A stretch of DNA of 64,000 nt from Lytechinus pictus (taxonomy: Eukaryota), in NCBI RefSeq assembly GCF_037042905.1, contig NC_087245.1, forward strand, positions 26,166,001 to 26,230,000, in the 5' to 3' direction. Below the pieces are notes generated by a model. It did not search any database. It saw nothing but the letters and a program-made list of their open reading frames with translations, and was not told where the DNA came from. Positions 53,001-64,000 of this stretch are shown here, one piece after another (position 1 is the stretch's first letter; every line of letters begins with the position of its first letter). Position numbers and translations under genes: made by a program.

Positions 53001-56000
53001 CCCTAATCCTTCCGCCAGTCAAAATATAGTAAAAAATTTGTGATATTTCTTCCCAATTTGGGAAAAGGAAGTTCAGTAATTACCAAAAATAGAATCAGTG
53101 TTAGATGGACAATCATATGCATACACTTTAAAAAATAGCAATGGGTTGGCTCGAATGAATATCTATGGCCTGCCACTAGTGATTAGGCCCGTGCAGCCAT
53201 AAGATGAATAATTAGCTATGTGGAAACAATTTTATCGAACCTGAACATGCAAACCATGCACCATTCACATCTTTCAAGCCAAATTTCGCTAAATTGAACA
53301 GATTTTTGAAGACTAATAAGTTCTGATTACGGCTCTCTAACATGAACCATAGTTATTTAGATGATTTGAGACCCGTTTCATAAAGCTCAACAATCATTGA
53401 TAGCATTGACTACAATGTATAATTAATCATGAAAATCAAGCGTACGATTAATCGCTATGAATTTTTGAGTTACGGGACCCTGATTATATATGACACCATC
53501 TGGCTCTAACGAGAACAAGATATTTTAATGTGTATAAAGACCTCTGTGACCTTTGACCTCATAACCCCAAAATTCAATCAGATCACTGCCATATATGCAG
53601 ACATGAGCCAAGTTTCAAGTTCTTAACCACCTTCGTGAAATAAGGCCATTGATGTTGGTTTTGATGATTTAATTAATTAAGTACCTTTCCTCCTGAGTAA
53701 GGTTGTAAATCATGAACATGGACATGATGCTGTTGGAAACTCTTTCCTGGAGCAAAGTGGAAATTACCAGCAACCTGCATTTAAACAAAACAAAGTAAAC
53801 TTCTGAAGGTTTCCATGGCAAAGATCAATGTAGAGGCTTCATTATACACCTGAAACTTACAAGGGAATAGGTTAAAGGGGAAGTTAAAAAAGTTTTTTGT
53901 GAAAATACCAGACATTAAAAAAAACACATTGGTGAAGGTTTGAGGAAAATCCATCAAAGATTAAGAAAGTTATTAGAATTGAAGATTTTGATTTGTGACA
54001 TCATATGCGAGCAGCTGCCCATTATAAAACACATAAATTCAAAAAAAAAATTATGGTTCAAAACTGCAATCTTCTTAATGATTAAATCATTATATTTATG
54101 CATCTTTTGATGTAATAGTCTTGCAGTGCATGTTTGCTGTTTTTTTATTTGTTAGAGACCTATGAACTTCTTCGATAGTCTAAGCACTTCCAATGAGCCA
54201 TCAGAAGGGGAAAGTATTTTTAATAACTATTGGTGAAAGGGAATTTCAAGGGCAGAAAGACAGTTGAGGTGGGCACCAAAGGCTATTGCATTCATTGCAT
54301 TGGATTATTACAAGCCTTGCTAGTCCAAGGTTGTGTTTTACTAAGATTCAAGTGTGACTAAAAGTCACAACTTAATTTTTAACTTGCGATATAATTGTTT
54401 CACTGCTTTGGTCTGATCTTGATCCAGGGATGGCACTACTAGGTATGAATCAATGAGATAGAGTGATATATATCATGTGTGTGTTGGCACTTAAACATGA
54501 CTCTTTCACACTTAAATATTTGTGATACACCCTCCAGATCAGTTTGAATCAGTAATTGTAAATCTTCAAATAAACATAGCCAAGGGCATAGGCGGGGGGG
54601 GGGGGGGGGGGGGTGCACATGCACCCTCCCGCTGAGGCAGAGGAGTTCTGACACTGGCAAGCATAACAAAATTTGAACCCCTTCTGCTTTCAACAGCAGA
54701 TTTTCTAAACTTTAGTTCCACCTCCCCAAGACATCTGCACCCCCATACCATTTAAGTTCCACCTCCCATTAAAATCCACCTCCCCATGCTCAAACCAGCC
54801 TACGTCCTTGACATAGCAGCACATGTATTAATTACCTTGTTTACTTCTAGATACCCAAATACTTCACAGCCTTCCTCCTTCTGGGATTGCATCTTCTCGG
54901 CAAAGCCCTCCCGCTTACACTGCTCTATGTTGGAAGGATCACTGAAAGCCCAACCTTTCCTACGATAAGCTTCCTGTACTGATTCACAATCATTGCAACA
55001 TCTGTAACAGAACAAAGAGTATTCAATTTGGCCAGGTTGAAAACTTAAGGTGATTCTGTCTCAAATCTCTTTGGATCGCAGAAATCTGTACAACAATTGG
55101 CAGAGTTTGACTTCGATATAATTTTTTAGCCCGTAACACAAAGCTAAGCAAAAATTGTATCACATTTTTTAACACTTGTATTGACTACAATGTACAATCA
55201 ATCGTTAAAAGCGTACGATTGAAATAAATAATGCTCCGAGTTGGGCTATTATTCAACTTATGATACATATAGATCAACTTTTGCAGTCTACTGTATAATA
55301 ATAAAAGGCAAATAGTTACAATTGGTGAAAGTGATGAGACAAACCATTATTCCAAATGAGATTTTGATGTAGCTATCTTTCCAAAGTGAAGCTCAACAAA
55401 GATAGCATCGACATTTGCATCGCTGAGAAAGTGAGAAGTTTTCTTACCCACTAACACCAAAAGGTGTTTAAATGCTTTACATTCCATCTGCACATTCCAG
55501 TTAGAAATAGGAAATTAAACCTATTTCTCTCTAATGAAAAACAAACAAAACAAAGGAAAAAAACAACTATGGCTAAGACATGACATTCATGAAATGTGAC
55601 TTTTTCAGAATGATCCCTAACATGTCATGAGAATATCCTATTATCATGTGATAAGTCATACTTACTTTAAATCGGCTGTTTCTGCACCATAGCAACTCTC
55701 ACATCGATTTGGATCTAATACTTTCTTCTCTTCTTTCTGGTCCTCTTCTTTCTAAAATAAACATACAAATAAAGATTTGAAAATGGCAATAATAAAAGTT
55801 TTTTAATAACAATAACGAAATATTCTGGTTTTGTATACCGCATAGCATGTTACCATCAAACATTTCTAGCTTCCCTCCAAGAAGAAACCCATGTTCATGT
55901 GATAAGCCTAACAATCTCTAAATTTCTGAAATAATTCTTGACAGTGATCATGGAAGCAATAATCACTTTCAAGTGAAATGACAAATTCATTATATTTGAT

Positions 56001-59000
56001 CCACAGCAAATCTATTCTATTATTACTTACTTTTTCTTCCAAAAGCTATACTAGCCTTCAAGTTGTTTCAATAAGCTAAAACTATGGCACAAATACTATT
56101 TCTTGCACCCCTGATGGCTGGATGTACCTTCTAAAAAAGAACTGATTTTATCATTTACTAATTTAAAATGCAAGGTGATCATAAATTAAAATTACTTGCT
56201 TTCTGAAAAATTCCTGAGGAGGTCTGTGTCTTGATTTTTGTGTCTTAAAGATGTCTCTAGTAAGAAAAATAATGCGTTAAAAGAAATTAAGTTTCTGTCT
56301 TACCTTTTCTGATTCTTCCTCCTCTTTCTTTCCTAGTTCCTCCTTCTCAGCTTCACTAATAGGAGTTCCGGTCTTGTCAATCCTTCGCTTGAAGATGTTA
56401 TGATCTACATCTAACTGCTGTTCGCCTGATATATCCATCGCATCAATACTAAGATCTATATCAAAAACAAATAAATAAATAACTAAATAAATGATGTAAC
56501 ACTGTGTATTCTTACACACTTGTATCTCCATCTAATTCAAATTATTCTATTCAGAGGCACACAAATGAATATGGAAAGAGTTTTTGTGGGTTTTTGATTG
56601 GATAACTTAGATGCATCTCCCTCCTCATTTGGAAATAAATTCACTCTGGAAATTAGTCTACAAGTGGAACGCCTCTGGCAGTCTCGCCTGCATTATGTAA
56701 TTCAATAAAGCAACAGTGCTGACATTGAAAACAACTTGGAAGTCTTGGATGAATAATTTTCCCCCAAAACACCATTCACTTGATGATAATTTACTTAGTT
56801 TGTTGACCCCAACCCCAAATTCCAGTTACTTAACCTAAGACACTTTTATATTATGTAGTTTCTACAAGACATGCATCCATTCATGGTTTTATTTCAAGTT
56901 AAAATTTGATTACGCTGCTACAATATAGAGTACCGAAGTGTGACGTCATCAATTTTCCAATTTTGTATTTCAGCATTTTTTATACCACATTTTGGTAGAG
57001 CAGGATGAAACACCCCTACTACCAAGATTTGGTGCGAATCGGTCCATGGGGGCCTCAGATATGACCTCAGGAATACATTATTAGCCCCATAGAAGTCAAT
57101 GTATTATTGGCCTGGTTCCAAACTTTTAGAACAAGGCCAATAATACATTGACTTCAATGGGGCTAATTATGTATTCATGAGGTCATATCTCAGACCCCAT
57201 GAACCGATTCGCACCAAATTTTGGTAGTGGAGGCATTTCACCATGCTCTACCAAAATATGGTATCAAAAATTCTGAAATGCATAAAAAGTTTTTTGTGAT
57301 GTCATCACTTCGGTACTCTATTGTCCTTGCTGTTCACACAACAGCAATAATAATAGTAAATTGTTTACTATAAAGCCAACTTACAAGCACAAGCCATTTT
57401 GGGGAATACTATCTCCATATTGATTTTGAGTTTCTCGCCTCTAGTTGCGTCCACATAAAGCTCTGGAATAACCTGTGAAAACAAACAAAAACAAGGACAG
57501 TAAATAAATCTCTCAAGGGCCGTCTGCACCATCCCGAATTTTCAAATCAGCCCGCTATTTCTGATCCGGCAAATTATCCCGATCTGAACAATTTCGAGAT
57601 TATTTGCAATGGAGACGCAAATATCGCGCTAGTTCGTAGGATTAATCTCGAGATTGCAATCCCAAGTCAACTTGGGATTATTTGCAAAATAGCGCGCTAT
57701 TTCACGAATTATCGCGCTAATTCGTAGGTGCAGACGCACTCGGGATTATTTATTCACGGCGTCAGACCATAATGCATCGATGCCTCGCTCGAGCAGGAAT
57801 TGCTCTTCTTGCGATGGTGGAGACGGGGTTTCTTGAATCTCAAGATTAATCGCGAAGAGGGCCGATCGGGCTAAAATCTCGAGATTGAGCAAATTCGGGA
57901 TGGTGCAGCACCGCCTTCACTTGAGTCAACTATGAGTACCTAGCAAACTGAAATGGTATTGGATGACACCTTTTTCATCACTTTCTTCGATTCTCTTGAC
58001 AATTGACAAAATTTTCTATTTTTTAATCTATTTAGTGACACCGGGGATAATTCAGCGCATATTTTGCTTTAAAACTTGCAGATTTTGATTGTTTCTTAAT
58101 CCTATGTCGCAAACCTTAGGCATCTCCTGGTGTATTTACCTGGAGAAAGGGAAAAAAGACTTGCAAGTTAATTATAGTCATTTTTAATTCAATTTTCTTT
58201 CCTGTATATTTAAGACTAGAATAATAATAATAACACTAATAAACAAAATGTATCTCCATCTCAATAGCACTTTAAAAAATGAAGGCTTGGCATTTCTTTT
58301 TATCACATCCTGAAAAAATAATAACTTTAGACAGTTAAATATACAAACACACCAGATTGTTTTAATTATACTACATCTTTCACATAAACTAGCGTTTTTT
58401 ATAATATTTTTTATCTTCCATTTTATCTGCAAATGAATCCATACTTTGACGATGGATAATCTTTAAATATTCATTTACCTTTACTCAACATAGACTTTAA
58501 ATTCTTAGAACATGATTTTTCTACCTCTAGTAAATTTGCAGCCTCAGTTATTGGATAGAAAGAGAAAGCTACAATCATAAAAATCAAAATATTTTTAAGA
58601 GTATTTTAAAAAGCATTCAATATTGATTTTTAACCCTCAATCTCCCGGGGTATTTTGATTCTTGTCAATCCCGGGGGGGGGGGGGGGGGGCCATTATGCC
58701 CCCCCCCCTTAAGATCTCGGCCGCCGATTGCGCGAGCGACGCAAAAATTTGCACACTGGTAGTGTGCGATGTAATCTACAAGGCTGTATGGTAAAATTTT
58801 CCAAAATAATGAGATTTTATTTTATATGAATTAATTATGCTAATTTATGCATAAATCATACTTTTTGCTATAATTCACTAAATAAAGCTCCTAGAATGCT
58901 AATTTTTGGTAAAAAAATTCTTTGTAGCAATCTTAACAATCGCAATTAAAAAAACTTCGGTTCGGAAATCAATTTCTTATGTATTTTATTGTTTTATGAA

Positions 59001-62000
59001 TTTCTTATGTATTTCTTTGTTTTTTTACTTTTTGTTTTTTATTGTTTTTTCAATGGAAATCATTCCAGACTTAGTTCTGATCATAAACAAGGCAAAATTA
59101 ATTCAGTTTAATCAGTAAAAGTAGAAATAATGATACATTTATGAATTTTTGCTAAATACACAATTTGCATTGGATTTGTACATGAAATCACGTTTATGAG
59201 CAATTTTGGGTTTGACATGCACTTACATAATGTTGCGTAATGTCGTAACCGTGTACCCGGGCGTCACAAATTTGGTCTCAAAATTTGCGCGAGACTTGAA
59301 AGTAAAAAGTCAGTGAGCGGCGAGGTCAAAAAAATTTGCGCAGCAGATATATCGCGAAAATTGTCAAGGGAGAATTAGGGTTAAAATGATTTAAACATTA
59401 TTTCAAATGTATTAAAACACAATTTTCTCAATAGAAATGTTCTCACCTCTTTTGTAAGATAGAAATTCAGTTCTGATATGAACAGTGTGATCATAATGAT
59501 ACTGCTTACGATGGTCACTGAAATAGAAAGAAAAGGTAAATATAAGCAAAATATAATTTTGATTTTTTAGAGTAGACCAAGATCCATTTTATAATATATT
59601 ATAATCATGTCTTGAGTTTTAGTATTTGTTAAATTATAATTTTTATCTATAAATTGTTCTTCAAAACGGCATTTAGTAACATCGCTAATCAAAGGTACGT
59701 CATAACAAAGCGGTTCAAGGTAAGCTTGTAACCGATTTTGTAATCGGCAACCGATTCCATTCGATTTCACCACAATCGGCAATCACTTGCCGATCTTCGA
59801 TCATGCCCCTTGAAGGAAAAAATCGAAAATAAAAAATCGGCGTAGATCTGGTTACAGTGCGTGATCGCTCAGAACTTATTTCAAGATTGTTTTTGAGGTG
59901 CTAGCTATTTAGAGGTCGCATTATTCAGGGAGAAAGACGCGGTATTATCTATGGCGATGTTTAAAGGAGAATGAAACTCTTGGAGCAAGTTAGCTTTTGT
60001 GAAAGCAGAAAAATCAAAGAATAAGATCAACAAAACTTTGAGTAAAATAGGACTAGCAATAAAAGAGTTATGAGCATTTGAATGTCGAGATCACTAATGC
60101 TATGGAGATCTTCCCATTGGCAATGCGACCAAGATCTGTGATGTCACACACGTACAACTCTCCCATTTGGACACTGAAAATATACCCCAAAACACCTCTT
60201 TTTGCTCATTCTAATCATATGACAAACGATTCATCAATGATATAATGTTGTGAAACCTCTGTACTTGTCATCTCATAAAGAGAACACCTCACCTTGTGAT
60301 AGACTCTATAAAAGTGAGAATATAAGTGAAATAAGTACTAAAGTAATGAGGGAGTTGTACGTGTGTGATATCACAGATCTTGGTCGCATTGCCGTTGGGA
60401 GGATCTACATGGCACTAGTGATCTCAATATTCGAATGCTCATAACTTTCTTATTATTCATTCAATCTTCCTCAAACTTTCAACAATAGGTTTCTTTGGTT
60501 TTTCTCTTTGATATGGATTCAGCTGGTTTCAAGGGTTTCATTCTCCTTTAAGAGGATAGATATCTTCTCTTCCAACTCATGGTGATAGCGGATGCCGCCG
60601 TGAACTTTGAAAGGCCGTATTACCGACGGAGCTCACTGCGTTACTCTCTTACATCGTTTATGATTATATACATTTTATTTTCAACCTCGTGGTGATAGCG
60701 GATGCCGCCGTGAACTTTGAAAGGTCGTATTACCGACGGAGCTCACTGCGTTACTCTCTTACATCGTTTATGATGATATACATTTTATTTTCAACCTCGT
60801 GGTGATAGCAGATGCCGCCGTGAACTTTGAAAGGTCGTATTACCGACGGAGCTCACTGCGCTACTCTCTTACCCCTTTATAATGATATAAATCTTCTCTT
60901 CAACCTCGTGGTGATAGCGGACCCCGCCATAAACTTTTAAAGACTGTACTATTGACGGAGCTTATTGCGTTACTCTCTTACATCGTTTATGATGATATAC
61001 ATTTTATTTTTAACCTCGTGGTGATAGCGGACCCCGCCGTGAACTTTTAAAGATCGTGCTACTGACGGAGCTCATTGCGTTACTCTCATACATCGTATAT
61101 AATGATATAAATCTTCTATTCAACATCGTGGTGATAGCGGACCCCGCCATAAATTTTTAAAGACTGTACTATTGACGGAGCTTATTGCGTTGCTCTCTTA
61201 GTTGTTTATGATGATATTCATTTTATTTTCAACCTCGTGGTGATAGCGGAAGCCGCCGTGAACTTTGAAAGGTCGTATTACCGACGGAGCTCACTGCGCT
61301 ACTCTCTAACCCCGTTTATAATGATATAAATCTTCTCTTCAACCTCGTGGTGATAGCGGACCCCGCCATAAACTTTTAAAGACTGTACTATTGACGGAGC
61401 TTATTGCGTTACTCTCTAACATCGTTTATGATGATATACATTTTATTTTCAACCTCGTGGTGATAGCGGATGCCGCCGTGAACTTTGAAAGGTCGTATTA
61501 CCGACGGAGCTCACTGCGCTACTCTCTTACCCCCTTTATAATGATATAAATCTTCTCTTCAACCTCGTGGTGATAGCGGACCCCGCCATAAACTTTTAAA
61601 GACTGTACTATTGACGGAGCTTATTGCGTTACTCTCTTACATCGTTTATGATGATATTCATTTTATTTTCAACCTCGTGGTGATAGCGGAAGCCGCCATG
61701 AACTTTGAAAGGTCGTATTACCGACGGAGCTCACTGCGCTACTCTCTTACCCCCTTTATAATGATATAAATCTTCTCTTCAACCTCGTGGTGATAGCGGA
61801 CCCCGCCATAAACTTTTAAAGACTGTACTATTGACGGAGCTTATTGCGTTACTCTCTTACATCGTTTATGATGATATACATTTTATTTTCAACCTCGTGG
61901 TGATAGCGGATGCCGCCGTGAACTTTGAAAGGTCGTATTACCGACGGAGCTCACTGCGCTACTCTCTTACCCCCTTTATGATGATAGACATCTTCTCTTC

Positions 62001-64000
62001 AACCTCGTGGTGATAGCGGACCCCGTCGTGAACTTCAAATTGATTTGAAAACGCTAGCTACCCAAAACATTTTAATAACATATTTCAAATCATCGTGCGT
62101 GCTTGCGTCTTCTACTTCATTTTAATTGCACTTGCGACTTTAAAGGAGAATGAAACCCTTGAAACTAGCTGAATCCATATCAAAGAGAAAAATCAAAGAA
62201 ACATATTGTTGAAAGTTTGAGGAAGATTGAATGAATAATAAGAAAGTTATGAGCATTTGAATATTGAGATCACTAGTGCCATGTAGATCCTCCCATCGGC
62301 AATGCGACCAAGATCTGTGATATCACACACGTACAACTCCCTCATTACTTTAGTACTTATTTCACTTATATTCTCACTTTTATAGAGTCTATCACAAGGT
62401 TATGTGTTTTCTTTATGAGATGACAAGTACAGAGGTTTCACAACATTATATCATTGATGAATCGTTTGTCATATGATTAGAATGAGCAAAAAGAGATATT
62501 TTGGGGTATATTTTCAGTGTCCGAATGGGAGAGTTGTACGTGTGTGACATCACAGATCTTGGTCGCATTGCCAATGGGGGGATCTCCATAGCATTAGTGA
62601 TCTCGACATTCAAATGCTCATAACTCTTTTATTGCTAGTCCTATTTTACTCAAAGTTTTGTTGATCTTATTCTTTGATTTTTCTGCTTTCACAAAAGCTA
62701 ACTTGCTCCAAGAGTTTCATTCTCCTCTAAGATGATGCGTCGTAAGAGATCATTCTAATAATTCTAAATCGCTAGCACCTAAAAATACTTCTAAAAGATG
62801 TCCTGCCGATCGTTCATTAACCTGTGATCTATGAGAAATATTTTCATTTTATTTTCCTTTGCGCCTTTGCTCGGAAGATGCGTCTTTCGTTTATCTTTCT
62901 AATAAAAATCACTTGGTTTATTTTAAAGCAATAACACCTCAAAACCCCTGGCTTTAAAACATGTTCCAAACGATCGCGCATGTTGGCGACTTCCATTCCA
63001 ATGCATTCGTCTTTGTGACTTTGTCAGGAAGATGCGCGCGACCGCGAACAACATTTTGATGTATTCCTTTGTTTTTAAACATCGCCGATTCGATTTCAAT
63101 TTTAGAAGCTTAACTTGCCGATCCGATTTTCGATCTGATTTTTGATCCGATTTACAACATTAGTTCAAGGGACAGACTAGACCAAAAGCTTCAATCTCTG
63201 TTATTTTGGTTGTTCAGCTGAACTCCGTTGGCTTCACTCACCAAATACAGAGACCGAAGTTCTAGCGCGAACTGTACAGGAGACTCAATGGCCATATGTT
63301 TATGTACTATAAGTTCGGATAAAACAGGAAGTGAAGTAGCGCGAGGTAAGTCACTGTTTTTGTTCCTTTAACTTGATTTTCCCCCGTTTTTGGACAATTA
63401 ATGCCAAAAGGGAATATTAATTTGCATTTCAGTCGTGTTAATTTTTAAAATTTTTATTCATTAAAGACAAAAATTGAAGAGCCCCGACAGGGGGATTTTG
63501 CATTGAAAGTCCCCTAATGGTGGCTGCATGATAGCGAGCCGTCTGTGTACGAGGAGAAATTTAAAAAATGTTTAAAAACTCCTCGAAACAGACGGCTGCC
63601 AGCTGTCTAGGGACAGACCTATTTGTTGACAAACACTACAGATCGAGGGATCTACAAGACTCAAGAGATCGGTCTGGACTGTAAGTGTAAGAAACCTTCA
63701 ATTTTTCACCTTTTTATTAACTAATTTTTTAACCTTCATACACATTAGGCGTATGGTCGACTCCTTGCCTGAGCTCCGCCTAGCCTCCGGCCCGCAAAGA
63801 AAGAGCTCCCTGGGCCTGGCGGTCTGGTAGGGCTTATACTTATACTACAGTCCCACATCCATCTATTCATGTTTGTTATTTCGAATTGCCACAAAATCAA
63901 AGTGTTTTTTTTACCTGCAGCTCCTCCGAATGTTTTGACTCGGAAATCTTCGAGAGTTTTAGGGTAGGCATCAAACTGCCTCAGGCGGTTCCAAACGTCC
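46961..64000 (-). CDS. ERGIC3: Endoplasmic reticulum-Golgi intermediate compartment protein 3 (Erv46 homolog), 11 coding exons, 5' end cut by window edge
   Basis: Exons 64000-63915, 59517-59447, 57472-57385, 56455-56304, 55751-55666, 55001-54836, 53774-53685, 52630-52534, 48029-47822, 47452-47397, 47040-46961. All are GT-AG with matching phases. Diagnostic peptides: [92 protein letters not shown]. Confidence 0.97.
47397..47452 (-). CDS. ERGIC3: ERGIC3 exon 10 (TM2)
   Basis: (R)[24 protein letters not shown]. Confidence 0.95.
47822..48029 (-). CDS. ERGIC3: ERGIC3 exon 9
   Basis: (G)[43 protein letters not shown]. Confidence 0.95.
48113..48685 (+). repeat. Tandem array of ~120-bp units: four degenerate partial copies of the ROMO1 acceptor/first coding exon plus the real one
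   Basis: Motif gatgtctcc..cag|ga.aaa..gatcaagATGcc.g.gtc...caaccta..tcagg.cct.c.tgctttgacagg.t recurs with ATG-equivalents at 48167, 48276 (ATA), 48397, 48517 and 48635. Confidence 0.92.
48635..48759 (+). CDS. ROMO1: ROMO1 coding exon 1
   Basis: Acceptor cattcag| at 48619, caagATG at 48635, donor AG|GTACGT. Confidence 0.95.
48635..50189 (+). CDS. ROMO1: Reactive oxygen species modulator 1 (Mgr2 homolog, TIM23-complex subunit), 77 aa, two coding exons, nested antisense in ERGIC3 intron 8
   Basis: Exons 48635-48759 and 50081-50189 (AG|GTACGT ... ctccag|A, phase 2) splice to [77 protein letters not shown], matching the ROMO1 family signature [23 protein letters not shown]. Confidence 0.96.
49150..49454 (-). 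mobile_element. tRNA-derived SINE, copy 3 (in ROMO1 intron / ERGIC3 intron 8)
   Basis: Same family; (TAA)n tail; flanked by probable target-site duplication tttggtRcagat (49138-49149 and 49457-49468). Confidence 0.88.
50081..50189 (+). CDS. ROMO1: ROMO1 coding exon 2
   Basis: cttttcatcctgatctccag|A TAC GGT CTT CGT..ATA CGA TGC TGA. Confidence 0.95.
52100..52410 (+). repeat. Purine-rich (GA) low-complexity tract
   Basis: gagagggaga-type sequence with internal gagatagaca.gcaa and gagac.gcagaaa duplications. Confidence 0.85.
52534..52630 (-). CDS. ERGIC3: ERGIC3 exon 8
   Basis: [38 protein letters not shown]. Confidence 0.94.
53685..53774 (-). CDS. ERGIC3: ERGIC3 exon 7
   Basis: [36 protein letters not shown]. 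Confidence 0.93.
54836..55001 (-). CDS. ERGIC3: ERGIC3 exon 6
   Basis: [37 protein letters not shown]. Confidence 0.95.
55666..55751 (-). CDS. ERGIC3: ERGIC3 exon 5
   Basis: [34 protein letters not shown]. Confidence 0.93.
56304..56455 (-). CDS. ERGIC3: ERGIC3 exon 4
   Basis: (Y)[41 protein letters not shown]. Confidence 0.94.
56926..57320. mobile_element. Foldback MITE (near-complete palindrome)
   Basis: tagagtaccgaagtg / cacttcggtactcta ends; arms complementary inward to centre ttggcctggttccaaacttttagaacaaggccaa. Confidence 0.85.
57385..57472 (-). CDS. ERGIC3: ERGIC3 exon 3
   Basis: [35 protein letters not shown]. Confidence 0.94.
57518..57915. mobile_element. MITE with terminal inverted repeats
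   Basis: ctgcaccatcccgaattt / aaattcgggatggtgcag; internal aatctcgagatt palindromes. Confidence 0.75.
58630..59384. mobile_element. piggyBac-like non-autonomous element
   Basis: TTAA-CCCT ... AGGG-TTAA termini, with polyG/polyC inverted block near the left end. Confidence 0.7.
59447..59517 (-). CDS. ERGIC3: ERGIC3 exon 2 (TM1)
   Basis: tttcag|(V)[29 protein letters not shown]. Confidence 0.93.
59961..60551 (+). mobile_element. TTAA-flanked (Kolobok-like) MITE family B, left copy
   Basis: ttaaaggagaatgaaac / gtttcattctcctttaa; long imperfect internal inverted arms; 591 bp. Confidence 0.88.
60553..62037. repeat. 110-bp satellite array, ~13.5 units, with higher-order structure
   Basis: tcaacctcgtggtgatagcgga.. 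starts at 60571, 60681, 60791, 60900, 61010, 61120, 61229, 61339, 61449, 61559, 61669, 61779, 61889, 61999. Confidence 0.97.
62140..62730 (-). mobile_element. TTAA-flanked (Kolobok-like) MITE family B, right copy, inverted relative to left copy
   Basis: 591 bp; reverse complement of 59961-60551 with scattered substitutions only; outer TTAA reads CTAA. Confidence 0.88.
63915..64000 (-). CDS. ERGIC3: ERGIC3 exon 1 (partial; ATG outside window)
   Basis: [34 protein letters not shown]. Confidence 0.95.

Noticed and set aside
60553..62037. CRISPR-like array or tandem small-RNA gene cluster
   Set aside because: Whole 110-bp units repeat with no unique spacers, there are no cas genes, and the context is a eukaryotic intron. 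An A-box-like TGGTGATAGCGG and C-box-like ATGATGA occur, but there is no B box or conserved D box.
63180..63270. pre-miRNA-like hairpin and minus-strand GTGAGT donor
   Set aside because: The imperfect inverted repeat is more simply a tiny MITE remnant in this MITE-dense locus; no recognisable miRNA seed

Overview
AT-rich, intron-rich, repeat-rich animal genomic DNA, probably a sea urchin or other echinoderm (inferred from the proteins and the MITE/SINE repertoire, not from a search). Three protein-coding genes can be rebuilt by hand with consistent GT-AG boundaries and phases. (1) A complete 9-exon GPR158/GPR179-like class C orphan GPCR on the minus strand (31512..7139, 886 aa). (2) ERGIC3 on the minus strand, 11 coding exons (64000..46961), with the start codon outside the window. 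(3) ROMO1/MGR2 (77 aa, missed by the ORF track) on the plus strand, with both coding exons inside ERGIC3 intron 8. The most unusual structures are: four degenerate tandem copies of the ROMO1 splice acceptor + ATG + first ~17 codons directly upstream of the real exon; a 110-bp satellite with 220- and 440-bp higher-order structure bracketed by two near-identical inverted 591-bp MITEs in ERGIC3 intron 1; and a second copy of the conserved GPR158 tail motif LYTQLELYKTKSL 480 bp downstream of the original. The rest is tRNA-derived SINEs, many non-autonomous DNA transposons, decayed LINE fragments and microsatellites. No CRISPR array, rRNA or intact tRNA was found.
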